Of a stretch of 64,000 nucleotides of DNA, positions 28,470 through 39,327 are shown in pieces. Each line of letters begins with the position of its first letter. The stretch's first letter is position 1. The notes beneath the pieces are model-generated. The model saw only the letters and a list, made by a program, of their open reading frames with translations. It was not told the DNA's origin and did no database searches. The position numbers and the translations under genes are program-made. Source of the DNA: a virus (Duplodnaviria > Caudoviricetes); the IMG/VR virus record IMGVR_UViG_3300028832_000122, positions 17,577 to 81,576 of that record; one strand, written 5' to 3'.

Positions 28470-30362
28470 TCAGAACGGCATGTCGGGATCGTCCACTGCC
28501 ACATAATCCTGATACGCCTGCTGTTCTGTCTTCTCTTCCTCCGTTGGCAGTTTGATTACAACGTGCGGGATCTGCTTTTTGTTCACCCAAACGGGCCATG
28601 TCGGGCGGTTGTTCTTATTACCCTGCCCATAGTACTGGCACTTCAGCAGGTTCTTCCGACGTGCCCAGTCCAGAAACGCACTCGGTGAGAAGCCTTTGTT
28701 CTTCACGATGTCATCGAACACGGTCTTGTTAATGAACACGTACCCGTCCTCGTACTTGCCCCACAGTTCACCGATACTGTTATCCTCTGAATCAAAACGG
28801 CGCGGGTTTGCTGCGCAGAATCCTATCAGCCACTGATAGCACCGCAGGTTCACGTCTGTTTCAGACCGGCTGACGAGGTAGCCTTTGATCTCGTCAACGG
28901 TAAGGGCGTGCTTGTCCTTGAAGATGGCTTTGGTTGCGAGTGCGTCGGCTGCAAGGAGGATGGACGCTGACAGCACCTGCTTGTCCTGCACATCCTCCTG
29001 CATAAGTTCCGTATAGAACTTCTTTTGCAGGGCCTTCAGTGCGTCTATTACGCCGTCCTTGCGGATCATCTGTATGAATTTCGGACCTGCAAATCCATAG
29101 TGTTCCTTGAGCGTATTTGCGGTCATACGTGCATCCTTGAAAAGCGGTACGCCGCCGAAGTTAACCTCGACAATACGAGCCACTGCACCACCGCCGGAGT
29201 TACCCTGGGTGATAGGCATCTCGCCTGTGGTAATGATGCATGATGACCATCGTTTCTGTGCCTGCAGTCCGCCTTCCTTTGCACCGCGTCCCTTGCTGAC
29301 CCCTTCGCACAACATGTAGATAATGTCGTCAAAGGTTTTTCTGTCAGAAATGACCTGCAACTCATCAAACAAGATAGGTAAATTGCAGCAGAACGATGCG
29401 TATAACTCCTGGGATACCTTTGTCCCGGAGAATGTCTTAACGTACCGGCCAACGTCCGGATTCCCCCAAACGGAAGCGGCCAACATCAGACCGACGGTCT
29501 TGCCACATCCGGTCTCGCCCCAGAAGTGTACAAAGAAAGGCAAGCCACCCAGGATTTGGACAAGCGGGGCCGCAAAAGACGAAGCCAGTGCAATCCGCGC
29601 CGGGATAGATTCTGCCTTGCGTACTTCCTTTGCGAGATTCAGCCATGTTTCCTCATCCCCCGTTGGTTTAAACTCTGTGTACATCTTAAGGAACTCTACA
29701 CTGTCCCCGTCATAGGAAACGTCGTTCACGTACGGCATGAACTGTCCGTCCTGCAACCATCCCATGTGCGATACGGAATTCTGCCTCGGCAGTGCGTCAT
29801 AGTTCAGTGACTCAAGCACTCCCATGTACTTAACGACTTCCTTTGCGTTCTCAGAATTGACAGCGACGCCCTGCTTTGACAGGCCGATTATCTTCTGAGC
29901 GGAAGCGAGCATCTCCCTGGACACGGTAAGGGATTTCCATGGATCCCTTCCACGGCAGTAGGCAATCTCCAGCTTTTCCTCGAAGGTTTCGATATTGGTT
30001 ACACGCTTCACAGGCATCAGTGGATGTGATATAACCTCAACGTCCGCACCCATCTCATTTGTGCGGTGAACACCGAACTCGTCTGCAAAGTAGATCCCGC
30101 ACTCAAGCTGCGTAGGCTGCTTCGGGAACATGGTCTGATTGCTTCCGAGGATGGTTGCCTTCGGGGACTTTGACTCAACGTATGCGTTCCATGTCTTCAT
30201 GAAACCCGTGAACTTCAGGTCTTTGGCGACGGTTTGCATCTTGTTCAGCAGTTGCTGGAGCAGGAACTTGTTGTCTTTCTGCTCATACAACCATGCATAC
30301 GGACGTTCTGTCAGGAAGTCATCATACGTCCAGTTCGGGATCAACTGTGTTGCTTCTGACAA
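28470..30362 (-). CDS. DUF927-type replicative helicase (primase-associated)
   Basis: 'LGWL' variant 'MGWL', Walker A 'GETGCGKT', Walker B 'LFDE', 'GRGAKEG', 'ITTGE'. Confidence 0.85.
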   Translation of the reverse strand: MSEATQLIPNWTYDDFLTERPYAWLYEQKDNKFLLQQLLNKMQTVAKDLKFTGFMKTWNAYVESKSPKATILGSNQTMFPKQPTQLECGIYFADEFGVHRTNEMGADVEVISHPLMPVKRVTNIETFEEKLEIAYCRGRDPWKSLTVSREMLASAQKIIGLSKQGVAVNSENAKEVVKYMGVLESLNYDALPRQNSVSHMGWLQDGQFMPYVNDVSYDGDSVEFLKMYTEFKPTGDEETWLNLAKEVRKAESIPARIALASSFAAPLVQILGGLPFFVHFWGETGCGKTVGLMLAASVWGNPDVGRYVKTFSGTKVSQELYASFCCNLPILFDELQVISDRKTFDDIIYMLCEGVSKGRGAKEGGLQAQKRWSSCIITTGEMPITQGNSGGGAVARIVEVNFGGVPLFKDARMTANTLKEHYGFAGPKFIQMIRKDGVIDALKALQKKFYTELMQEDVQDKQVLSASILLAADALATKAIFKDKHALTVDEIKGYLVSRSETDVNLRCYQWLIGFCAANPRRFDSEDNSIGELWGKYEDGYVFINKTVFDDIVKNKGFSPSAFLDWARRKNLLKCQYYGQGNKNNRPTWPVWVNKKQIPHVVIKLPTEEEKTEQQAYQDYVAVDDPDMPF

Positions 30363-30925
30363 TTTGTATCACCTCCCTTCAGCGGACACCAGTCTGGTGA
30401 CGATTCATACATACCAAGGTTCGGAGAATACATTTTTGCGAGCGTACATTCCCTGTATATCTGTCCGCAAAAGTAATCCGTATAACAATAATTGCATCCC
30501 ATACAGGAAATCACTTGTCCTGTGTCGGATGCAGTTGCGTTGTCATTCATGCTTTTTCCCCCTTACACAAGGTCTTTGATTCGTTTGTGTAGTTAGTATA
30601 CTACATATTGCAGTGTTATTCAATAAATAAAAATCAGTCTACTCCGATAAACTCCAAATGCACTTCCCTGTCGATACTGCCGACGATGTGCCTCGGTACG
30701 ACGGCACCAAGGGAGGAGACGTCCAGTGTATTCGGCGTGAATGTGATGCTTGCCATGTGCGGGATCGCCTTCATAAGGAACAGGTTGTTTGTCCCGGGCA
30801 TCTTCAGCCGGAGGATGCACGGCGTCCTGCCGTCCAGGTCCACGTCCGCCATGTCAAAGTATGCTGTCCCACAAAAGGGACACACGACCTGCTCTATGTC
30901 CTTTGCCGATCCGCAGTTCACGCAG

Positions 30926-31561
30926 TTAGTCTTGCTCATTTTCCTTCTCCACATCCGATGCTGTTACATCATATATTGTTTGTAGTTCTTCTACTGGCGG
31001 GAGCTGCTTGCCGTCAACAATCATTTGTTTAAGTGCGGTTGCTACTCTTTCATTGACCACAAGTCTTTGCCTGTATGCGGAGTTGTCGAAACTGCTGGAT
31101 GTTGAATAAAACGCAGAGTTCGGGTTGTAATATTTACCGTCACGTTCCCTGATCAGTTCCTCCCTGGACGTGTTGCGTTCGTAGCAGTACTCAGCAAACT
31201 TGTCCTGTGCGATCTTCAGAATCACCTTGCTGTTCTTTCCATACCGCATAAGGTTTCTATAAATCCGGTCGTCTGACAAAGAAAGCGTGAATTCAAACGG
31301 GTTTCTCCAGCCTTCGGAAATTCTCGGTTTTACCTGTTCTCCGCACAACGTGAGTTCAAGAATATCGTTATACTTATAATCATAGGACACAAACAGATAA
31401 TCACTGACAACATTCAATTCTAGGTCATCCACGTCGTACTCTTCCACCCGCCTGTCCTGATCGAGCAACGAATATATATGTGCTTTACTCCTGTTGGAGA
31501 ACACTTTTTCAATGCGATAATCAGAATAATCACCGGACGTCACTATATATACACGCTTCAT
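30926..31561 (-). CDS. Hypothetical protein
   Basis: 'VYIVTSGDYSDYRIEKVFS' is a recurrent phage N-terminal motif. Confidence 0.6.
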   Translation of the reverse strand: MKRVYIVTSGDYSDYRIEKVFSNRSKAHIYSLLDQDRRVEEYDVDDLELNVVSDYLFVSYDYKYNDILELTLCGEQVKPRISEGWRNPFEFTLSLSDDRIYRNLMRYGKNSKVILKIAQDKFAEYCYERNTSREELIRERDGKYYNPNSAFYSTSSSFDNSAYRQRLVVNERVATALKQMIVDGKQLPPVEELQTIYDVTASDVEKENEQD

Positions 31562-31867
31562 GCTTCAGCCTCCGCCTCCTTTCCTTTTCTTTCTGCCTTT
31601 TCTGCCACCGTATGTACCGCTGTGCAGCCTTTGTATACGCTCTGCCACAGAGAATATCAAGTAATCCTTTGCGAATTTGTCTTTTTAAAGAGATCGTGAA
31701 TGATAAATCCGTATTAAACGCAAGCTTGTCATACGTCACGGGCGGTTCGACTTCAACAGGATTCTGCTTAATGTCTTGAATGTTTGTGATTCCTGTGAAT
31801 GGAACATAGTTACCGGACTGGTCGCGGATGTATATAACAGATGATTCGTCAAGCAAATTCGGATGCA

Positions 31868-32359
31868 TCAGTCATCCCTCCTGTAAATGTAATGACTGAA
31901 CGGACACGTATCACAGTTGCTCACAAGTTCTTCTCCGTCGATTCTGTAATCGTCCCCGAGTCCACGACATTCATAACAGTGATCGTACTCATCCCATGCG
32001 GTTTGGTTGTCCAACAGGCGCTCATACTCTTCGCACCATTCTTTCGCTTCACAGTTCTTGCAGTCGTCAATGTCCGCATAGTCATCGTCACAGTAGAATC
32101 CAGCATCCCTTACCATGGCAACCCTGTCTTCCATGTTGTCCCAGTCCATGAACGTATTGCCATGGTAATGCTTGTCCAGGGCTGGTTCCCGTACTGCCTT
32201 CAGCTGCGTATAGTCCCATTCATACTTCGGGTATTCATCAGTTCCGATGGCATAGGAGATTGCCTTGCCCCTGGTTTCAGCAAACACAACGATGGAATAC
32301 GGACTGTATCCTTCCCTGTCGCTTACTTTATAGGCCTTCATAGGTTCTCCTTTCAGCAC
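31868..32359 (-). CDS. Cys-rich hypothetical protein
   Basis: 'IVFAETRGKA', multiple CxxC motifs. Confidence 0.6.
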   Translation of the reverse strand: MLKGEPMKAYKVSDREGYSPYSIVVFAETRGKAISYAIGTDEYPKYEWDYTQLKAVREPALDKHYHGNTFMDWDNMEDRVAMVRDAGFYCDDDYADIDDCKNCEAKEWCEEYERLLDNQTAWDEYDHCYECRGLGDDYRIDGEELVSNCDTCPFSHYIYRRDD

Positions 32360-32736
32360 GTAACCTGTCCCATGCTCCCGAGTGTACAGTTGCAGTTTCC
32401 GCTGCCGCCGTTGTTCGGATGATTGGAACAGTTTTTACAGTTGTCAGGGACGTTTTCTTTTAAATCTGTTCCGGTCAGTGTAATGGTTTGATTTTCCGCG
32501 GCCCGCTGTTTTGTCTTGACGACAATCTTATGGCACTCCGGGCAGGAGCAGACGTATGTGTCTGTAACGGTGGAAAGATACACATACGTCAGCGATGACG
32601 ACGTCGTGAAACTGGATCCTTTCTCCACATAGTATTCGTCATAGTCGGCGGTAAACTTACACCCACACTGACCGCACTCGAATTCTTCTGTCATCATGTT
32701 CTCTTTGGCTTCTTCTCCATGTTTGATGATGTTCAT
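32353..32736 (-). CDS. Zinc-ribbon hypothetical protein
   Basis: CxxC pairs 'CGQC' and 'CPEC'. Confidence 0.55.
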   Translation of the reverse strand: MNIIKHGEEAKENMMTEEFECGQCGCKFTADYDEYYVEKGSSFTTSSSLTYVYLSTVTDTYVCSCPECHKIVVKTKQRAAENQTITLTGTDLKENVPDNCKNCSNHPNNGGSGNCNCTLGSMGQVTC

Positions 32737-33807
32737 TACTGATCCTCCTCTCTTGGATGCTTATCCCTGAACTTATGCTTGCGGTTTTCCATGCACCATG
32801 GACAGCTTCCATGGTTTCTGCATGTACAGTCGATTGCCTTTGAACCTTTGTATGGTTTCCTGTGTTCTTTGCCGTGCTTGATGGCTTTATCAAGGCTCAT
32901 ATATTCATCTTTACCTGCCCTTCAATCTGTTTCATGTTCCGTACAACAGTCGGTTTCTCCGTCGTGAACCGCTTGCATTCTTTTCCCCCGTATCCTTTGT
33001 AGTCCATAAGATCATCGTACGGGAAGTACTTCTCATCCCACCTGGCTTTCTCCGTCATACGATACGTCCGGCAATATCCTTTCCGAAAGCGGGTGCATCG
33101 GAAGCAGTTGTGTTCAAGAAACCACTCGTACTCAGTACCATTGCTGAACATGGTCTTGCACTCAATCAGTTCAGCCATTCATCTTCACCGACCTTCCCAT
33201 CCTTTTCCGTACAGTATTCTTGCTCCTATCCGTATAAAGAACCAACCGAACCGCATCCTTGCACCACTTACAATCCGTTTCGGAGAATTATATGTGACGG
33301 TAACTGGCATCAATCCATTGTCTGCGACCATTGAAATTGTCATTTCATGGATTCTCATTCCACTTCACCTTCCTTGAGTTTGTTCCATGCCCAATTGCCA
33401 AAGTTTCTTAATTCTAACTGGAATGCATAGAGAGAATTGCGACGTGGAAAAGCTTCATTAAACTTTAGTTCACTGTACGTTGCGCCGTCTAAAATTCTTC
33501 GTTTTGCTTTTTCTTTGAAATCTGTTCCTTTGTAATAAAATGGTTCGTACTCATCCAACAATCGTTTTATATCAGTACGAGATAGATTATTAATCATCTT
33601 TCATCACCCCGTCCGCACAGAACCAATCCGGTCTTTTATATTTGTCGTTATAAATTGCCTTAATACAGAATATGTCCTCCTTTGAATTGCGTATTCCGTA
33701 ATGGCAATCCTCGCATCTGACCAGTGGCTCTTCCGAATACGTTTCAACATGCGGTTTCCCTTCAACAATTGTGATTGACCGTCTGACAATGAAATCTTTT
33801 TTCATCA

Positions 33808-34071
33808 TCAGAATTCCCCCGCGACAGGTCGGATCGACATGATGCAGTACCCATCCATCAGTCCGAACCTTTCAGCATTCCGCAGGATGTACGTGATCTC
33901 ACACTCGCAGGTATGTCCGGTATATTTCTCACCGTTCCATTCCCTGAGTACGAGGATATCGCCGACCCGGTAGTCCGCATCGTCATTCCGCAGCTCAAAG
34001 GTTTTCTGCCCTTTGTATACGGCCTTGTAATATCCGGGCAGGATCTTCTTCTCAATACGCTTGCTCATCAT
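33808..34071 (-). CDS. ASCH/DUF3850-like domain protein
   Basis: 'GQKTFELRNDDADYRVGDILVLREW'. Confidence 0.8.
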   Translation of the reverse strand: MMSKRIEKKILPGYYKAVYKGQKTFELRNDDADYRVGDILVLREWNGEKYTGHTCECEITYILRNAERFGLMDGYCIMSIRPVAGEF

Positions 34072-34329
34072 TCCACCTCCTTCAGCGTACCATCTTTCTC
34101 TTCAACCCAGGTCTTTTCAGCTTCGACCCGTCTGAGCATCCTGTCCATTTCGTTCAGATACTGGATCTCAGCGGCCCATAATTTGATTTGGTTGTGCTTT
34201 CCGGACTCAGTTGCGTTTCGCTTGATCGCTTCACACAGTTCGCATACTCTTGCCGAGATATGCACGCAATACGGAGAGCATCCAAGCTGTGGTTTTTCAG
34301 AATCATGAAAGTTCATGCTTATATTCCTT

Positions 34330-34977
34330 TCAGTCTGCTTTGTCTTTCTTCATATCCTCCGCAATGTTCCCCATGATGAACGCCACGCATGGCAGTGCGA
34401 CGCCGTTGCCCCAGAGCTTGTACATTGCAGAATCAGATCCGTTCGCACCGTCGCACCACCAGTCAGGGAAACCCTGGAGGCGTGCACATTCCGTAGGTGT
34501 CAGCCTGCGAAGCACATATTTCCTGTCGTTCTCCATAATGTCATCCTCCACTATTACTATTTTCTGATCGTGCATACAGTCAAGCGTGCCAAAGGTTTTG
34601 TCATCAACAACGGAGTTGGCAAGCTGACCGTTGCCTGTTGCGTGAAACTTAATCATCACATACTCTCTTTCTATCCCCTGCCTCAGTCCGCATCCTTTAT
34701 AGTAGCTTGCGTCAAGCGGAGCTGCGATACCGTCATCTGAACTGTTCATGACAAACAAGTCCTTCGCTTCCGTTCCCGCAGCTTCCGCCGTCGGCACGCA
34801 TACTTGCGACGTTGTACAGTTTCCATTCTGCGAATCTGCTTTCGTAGAAGTAATAAGGACGAACGGCGTGTTGTTTCCACCCGTTCCCATCCTCGACGAC
34901 AGGGTCTGAACAATGCCGTTCGGGTCTATCGTCACACGGCTGTCGTTCGGATGGTCCTCTATTGCGTAGCATTTCAT
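34330..34977 (-). CDS. C5-cytosine DNA methyltransferase, C-terminal part (TRD-like repeats + motifs IX/X)
   Basis: 'RRLTPTECARLQGFPDWW', 'YKLWGNGVALP'. Confidence 0.85.
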   Translation of the reverse strand: MKCYAIEDHPNDSRVTIDPNGIVQTLSSRMGTGGNNTPFVLITSTKADSQNGNCTTSQVCVPTAEAAGTEAKDLFVMNSSDDGIAAPLDASYYKGCGLRQGIEREYVMIKFHATGNGQLANSVVDDKTFGTLDCMHDQKIVIVEDDIMENDRKYVLRRLTPTECARLQGFPDWWCDGANGSDSAMYKLWGNGVALPCVAFIMGNIAEDMKKDKAD

Positions 34978-35663
34978 TGGTTCTCCTTTAGGATCGGATT
35001 CAGATAGTTATAACTGAATCCGCCGTTGCTTTTTGCCTGCAATGTGCCTGAAACTTCCTCGTTTGTACACAGATTCCTGCAGTCAACGCTGTAGCATACA
35101 CTGTGCTGTTCAATGGTATTCAATGTGTACATTGTTCCGCCGTCACTGTATCCGTTCCCCATGTGTGAAGGGCGGGCACCGTTCCCTTCCAATGCAATAA
35201 CCACCATGTGTCCGCCCTGGTTGCATGCAGGATCAAGACATCGTGTGTCAAGGCACTTAGCCACATCTGTTTCATGGATACCGCTATGCGGATTTGAACT
35301 CTTCATGCTGTTGGATGACAGTGCATCTATTGTGAACACAACTGCGTGCCTGTCCTGTGTGTTCAGCGTAGGGCTTATGTTCTCGCACCATCCTTTGCCG
35401 TTCTTTGCGGATACACGGTCAACGACATTGCCTTCGATTGCGTAGCATATGGCAGGCCGGTTATCTCCCATCTCGGCACGAAGTGTACCGCATAAGTCCT
35501 CAACAAATCTGCTTTCACTGCCTTCACGCTTAACAATCCCGGGTTCAAAACAGATAACAGGCTCATGCTGATGGGACTGGGCACGGAGTGTAGATGGTAT
35601 ATCAGATACACTCATCACGCTCCCGCCCTGATCATTCAGCACGATTACTTTACTCTTCCTCAT
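34974..35663 (-). CDS. Methyltransferase variable region: TRD-like repeat protein
   Basis: Repeated 'TL(R/N/Q)...(P/H)A(I/V)' modules; ATGA overlap with the downstream ORF. Confidence 0.65.
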   Translation of the reverse strand: MRKSKVIVLNDQGGSVMSVSDIPSTLRAQSHQHEPVICFEPGIVKREGSESRFVEDLCGTLRAEMGDNRPAICYAIEGNVVDRVSAKNGKGWCENISPTLNTQDRHAVVFTIDALSSNSMKSSNPHSGIHETDVAKCLDTRCLDPACNQGGHMVVIALEGNGARPSHMGNGYSDGGTMYTLNTIEQHSVCYSVDCRNLCTNEEVSGTLQAKSNGGFSYNYLNPILKENQ

Positions 35664-36126
35664 CGTATTCTTCTTCGGAATCTTCATCGTCGAAGTCGTC
35701 TGCGTCGTCAGTCACCGCACCATCTGAGCCAGCCACTTCCATCAGGGCGTCCCGCAACATAGGCGGAAGCGTTTTCCCACGCTTCTCTGCCCGTCGGAGG
35801 ATGCCATTGCATGCCTTCGCACTCAAAGAGTATTTCTCCGGCGCGTCCACCTGCAAGATCTCCGATAAGGAACACTCGGCGGCGTCGCTGAGCGACTCCG
35901 AAGTATTGCGCATTGAGGATTCTCCAGGCAAAACTGTAGCCGTCTCCCAGTACGCACCCAGCAGGTTTCCATACCCCGTCCGCAGGTCCAGGAACTGAAA
36001 CTCCTTCGTCAACGATGGAACAGAGTGACTGGAGGACTGCCTGGAAGTCTTTTCCTCCGTTGGAACTGAATGCTCCGGGGACGTTTTCCCACAGAGTGTA
36101 TCGAGGAAACTTATTTGCTGTTGCAT
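35650..36126 (-). CDS. Overlapping alternate-frame methyltransferase subunit (beta-like)
   Basis: 'CSLSEILQVDAPEKYSLSAKACNGILRRAEKRGK' is nested out of frame within the catalytic ORF. Confidence 0.6.
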   Translation of the reverse strand: MQQQISFLDTLCGKTSPEHSVPTEEKTSRQSSSHSVPSLTKEFQFLDLRTGYGNLLGAYWETATVLPGESSMRNTSESLSDAAECSLSEILQVDAPEKYSLSAKACNGILRRAEKRGKTLPPMLRDALMEVAGSDGAVTDDADDFDDEDSEEEYDEEE

Positions 36127-36442
36127 TTCGCATCTCCTTAATGATTCGTACAGCCTGGAAAAAGAGATTCGACCTTTCTCCTTCATGGATACCAGCCTGC
36201 TTTCCTGCTATCGACAAATCCTGACACGGACTGCCGAAGGTGATGATGTCAACGGGTTCAATCTCGGCACCGTTTATATTGGACACGTCGCCGAGGTGCT
36301 TCATGTTCGGGAATCTGTTCGTCGTGACACGGATCGGGAAGTCCTCAATCTCGCTTGCCCATACAGGCTCTATGCCGTACAGAGCACCCGCGAGCGGAAA
36401 CCCACCGGAACCGTCGAAGAGAGATCCAAGCTTCATCTGCAT
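35708..36442 (-). CDS. C5-cytosine DNA methyltransferase, catalytic N-terminal part (motifs I-VIII)
   Basis: 'LGSLFDGSGG', 'GSPCQDLS', 'WENVPGAF', 'YFGVAQRRRRVF'. Confidence 0.9.
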   Translation of the reverse strand: MQMKLGSLFDGSGGFPLAGALYGIEPVWASEIEDFPIRVTTNRFPNMKHLGDVSNINGAEIEPVDIITFGSPCQDLSIAGKQAGIHEGERSNLFFQAVRIIKEMRNATANKFPRYTLWENVPGAFSSNGGKDFQAVLQSLCSIVDEGVSVPGPADGVWKPAGCVLGDGYSFAWRILNAQYFGVAQRRRRVFLIGDLAGGRAGEILFECEGMQWHPPTGREAWENASAYVAGRPDGSGWLRWCGD

Positions 36443-37506
36443 CACCCCGCTACCCGCACCGGCAGGATAAGCCTGCATCCGTTGCTGCTCTTGCCCTGTA
36501 TCACGCACGGTGAAACGGAGGAGTTGAACTTCATCGTCATCGACTTCTCACTGACGGAAGCAATTGTTTCCATGAGGTACTTGTGGTTGAACGCAATCTT
36601 CAGACTGTCGCCGTTGGTAGCACACTTCACGTCGGCGTCGAAGTCTGCCTGTTCACTGTTGCTCATGACCTTGATTGCGTCTTCCTGCACTTCCATCTTC
36701 ACAAGGTTGTTGCTTGTATTCACGACGCTTCCGCACTTCAGTGCGTTCTGAATATCGTCAACCTCAACAAGGGATTCCGTCTTGAATTCCGTCGGAAGAA
36801 TCCGCTTGTAATCCGGGAAGTCGTCCGAGAGCAGGGTGCAGGACATCAGCACACTGTCCGTGCTTGCCTGTATCCGCTTGCCGTCTGTCTTCAGCGTGAT
36901 GCGTTCGCCAAGCAGCGTGCTTGTGGCTACGAGTTTCATGAACGCCCCGGGAACAACCATACGGATGTCGTCTGATTCGCATGCAACGTCCTCAACTGCC
37001 ATACGGAATCCGTCAAGGGACACCATCCGCATGCCGTCGTCAGTGGATTCCATCAGCACGCCTGTCAGAACGACACGCCCCTGATCACTGGAGATGGCGT
37101 AGGAAACACTGTTGTATCCTGCCCGGAAGTCCTCTGTCTTGACCGTGCATGTCTTGCCTTCCACATATTCAAAGGCTGGGATCTTCGCCTTCACAATCGG
37201 GATGCGCGTGCGGCCCGCGCCCTTGACCGTACATACCTTGCCGTCCGTGCTGACATCCACAATGTCATTGCACATGGCACACACACGGGCGAACATCGTG
37301 CCGTCAATGCAGAAGGATTCTCCGTTACCGCCGAGCACAGGCGCGCTCATCACGGCGGAGATCTGCCCGTTTGTTCCACGGATGGAGAACAGATTGTTGT
37401 CATAGATAATCTCGATGTTCCCGAGGTTCTGTGATTTCGGATCGATGCACTGCGTCATCGTCTTCATCATCCTGCTGAGTTCAGCACTGTGAAGTTTAAT
37501 GTTCAT
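36442..37506 (-). CDS. dnaN: DNA polymerase III beta sliding clamp homologue
   Basis: ~355 aa; 'LTGVLM', 'SLDGFRMA', 'FPDYKRILP', 'IAFNHKYL', 'LILPVR'. Confidence 0.9.
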   Translation of the reverse strand: MNIKLHSAELSRMMKTMTQCIDPKSQNLGNIEIIYDNNLFSIRGTNGQISAVMSAPVLGGNGESFCIDGTMFARVCAMCNDIVDVSTDGKVCTVKGAGRTRIPIVKAKIPAFEYVEGKTCTVKTEDFRAGYNSVSYAISSDQGRVVLTGVLMESTDDGMRMVSLDGFRMAVEDVACESDDIRMVVPGAFMKLVATSTLLGERITLKTDGKRIQASTDSVLMSCTLLSDDFPDYKRILPTEFKTESLVEVDDIQNALKCGSVVNTSNNLVKMEVQEDAIKVMSNSEQADFDADVKCATNGDSLKIAFNHKYLMETIASVSEKSMTMKFNSSVSPCVIQGKSSNGCRLILPVRVAG

Positions 37507-38363
37507 TGTATTCTCCTTACTACTTTTTGTATTATCCATGGGTACAAAAAATCAGTCGCAGGAACTGCCGATGTTTACATAGGCGTATTCGTTGTCGAAC
37601 CATACGCCGTAGATCCCATACCCGCATGCCCATGCGGTGCCCTCGCCGTTGTTGCGGGTGTTGAGCATGTCGATCAGTGCTTCCACGGCTTCCTCGTGGG
37701 CCATGCTCTTCAGCTCGTTCAGTTCTCCGTCGCTGAATCCGCTGATCCGCTGGCATGACATCCCCGGCCTGCCGGATGAGATTGATTCAGTCTTCAGTCT
37801 TGCCATGTTCTGTCCTCCTTTTATACTCCTGTCCAAGGTAGTTCATTACTCCGTTCAGCAGTTCCATGGCAAGGACGTTATTACCGGATGAATCGGACGC
37901 TATACCGACATCCTTTGCGGACTGTATCCACCACTCGTCATCCTCACCAGGCGGAAAGTGCGTGTTCAGAAAGTCGAAAGCAATTCGGAATGCTTTCTGA
38001 TGTGCCTTTGCGTATTCCTCGGGTGTCATCCTGTGTCACCTTCTTGTATGCTCGTCATACGACGCCTCCTTATATATGATGTGTAGTAATTATAACACAG
38101 ATTGTAGTGATTTGAAACTTAAAAAAACTGTTACGTTCTGTTAATGTAGATGCTTCTGATCCGTTGGCGTTGCTCAATAATCTTTCCGACCTGCTCGCAC
38201 TTTTTCAGTGCACGCCGTGAAAGCAGTTTCATGATGCTTGCGTACAGTTCAAACTCAGGAAAGTCCTTGCTTCTCTGTATTGTTGCTGTTGGTTTTACGT
38301 TGTATGATGCCTCCCATACGAGAGAGTACGGGATTTCATACTTCCTGGCAAACTCTTTCAGCG

Positions 38364-38669
38364 TCATGTCCAGTCAATCTCCTTCCCGCACTTGTGGCAG
38401 AACCGTGCTTTAATCTTCAGCGGGATTCTTTTTCCGCATGCCCCGCAGTACGCTTTTCCCTGCCGCCATGTCGGTTTCGCTGACGTCACTGGAAGATTCC
38501 CAAAGTTTTCTTTCGGGCAGTCGCCTGGAATCTCCATGAAATATGAATGCGGTATTGTCCTGTCACGGATGTTTTGCTGGTTTCTCATGCAGCTGGTATA
38601 AGTGCATCTGTCATCAGGGCAGAATGATATATCATCGCACCATAACCCGATAAAATTACTTGAACTCAT
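38364..38669 (-). CDS. Zinc-finger hypothetical protein
   Basis: 'CGACG...FCHKCG' double-ribbon motif. Confidence 0.55.
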   Translation of the reverse strand: MSSSNFIGLWCDDISFCPDDRCTYTSCMRNQQNIRDRTIPHSYFMEIPGDCPKENFGNLPVTSAKPTWRQGKAYCGACGKRIPLKIKARFCHKCGKEIDWT

Positions 38670-38940
38670 ATGTCCTCCGTTTTTATAGCCGCCTTTTAAT
38701 CAGAATCTTCACGTTTTCCGTTAGCGCAAAACCAATCTTTTGAGTGCCAATTATTTCTTCCGTCACCAATACCAATCCCACAAGAACCTGCGTTTTGACT
38801 TGCACTATTCCAAATAAAGTTCTCGCAATCCTTGCACCGGATTAGTTCTGGAGCATTGTGAGCATCAAACGAATCAATCGTTTCTTGTGCTATGGCTTGA
38901 ACGATGTATTCTTTCATTCATTTCACCGACCTTCCTGCCT

Positions 38941-39327
38941 TTAAGTGCGTAAATTGCATTGCATATTTTCCGGATGGTATTCCATCACACATGATGGATA
39001 ATAATCACCGACATCTTCTGTGCCTATTTTCAAAATGACGTTTGCCGTAAACGGGTTTTTAATAATCAGAATGTCAGAGTCATCGCCCATGAAAGAACCT
39101 TTATCAGTGTGATCGCAAAATACTCTTTCAGGTTCAAATGTGTTTTTGCACGGCGTTTCAGATATTCGTAAGTCCTTCATGTAGCTTCTATATCCATCGT
39201 CTGGATCTTCTTCTGCAATATATGTCACTCCATCAAGACAGAAAAGTATATTTGTTTCCCCATCTTTCCCTTTTAAATAATCAATCCCGGAAAACATATG
39301 CTCACCTTTCAAACTTTTGAGTTCCAT
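38941..39327 (-). CDS. Hypothetical protein
   Basis: 'EDPDDGYRSY', 'YYPSC' form a recurrent phage family pattern; start at MELKSL. Confidence 0.55.
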   Translation of the reverse strand: MELKSLKGEHMFSGIDYLKGKDGETNILFCLDGVTYIAEEDPDDGYRSYMKDLRISETPCKNTFEPERVFCDHTDKGSFMGDDSDILIIKNPFTANVILKIGTEDVGDYYPSCVMEYHPENMQCNLRT

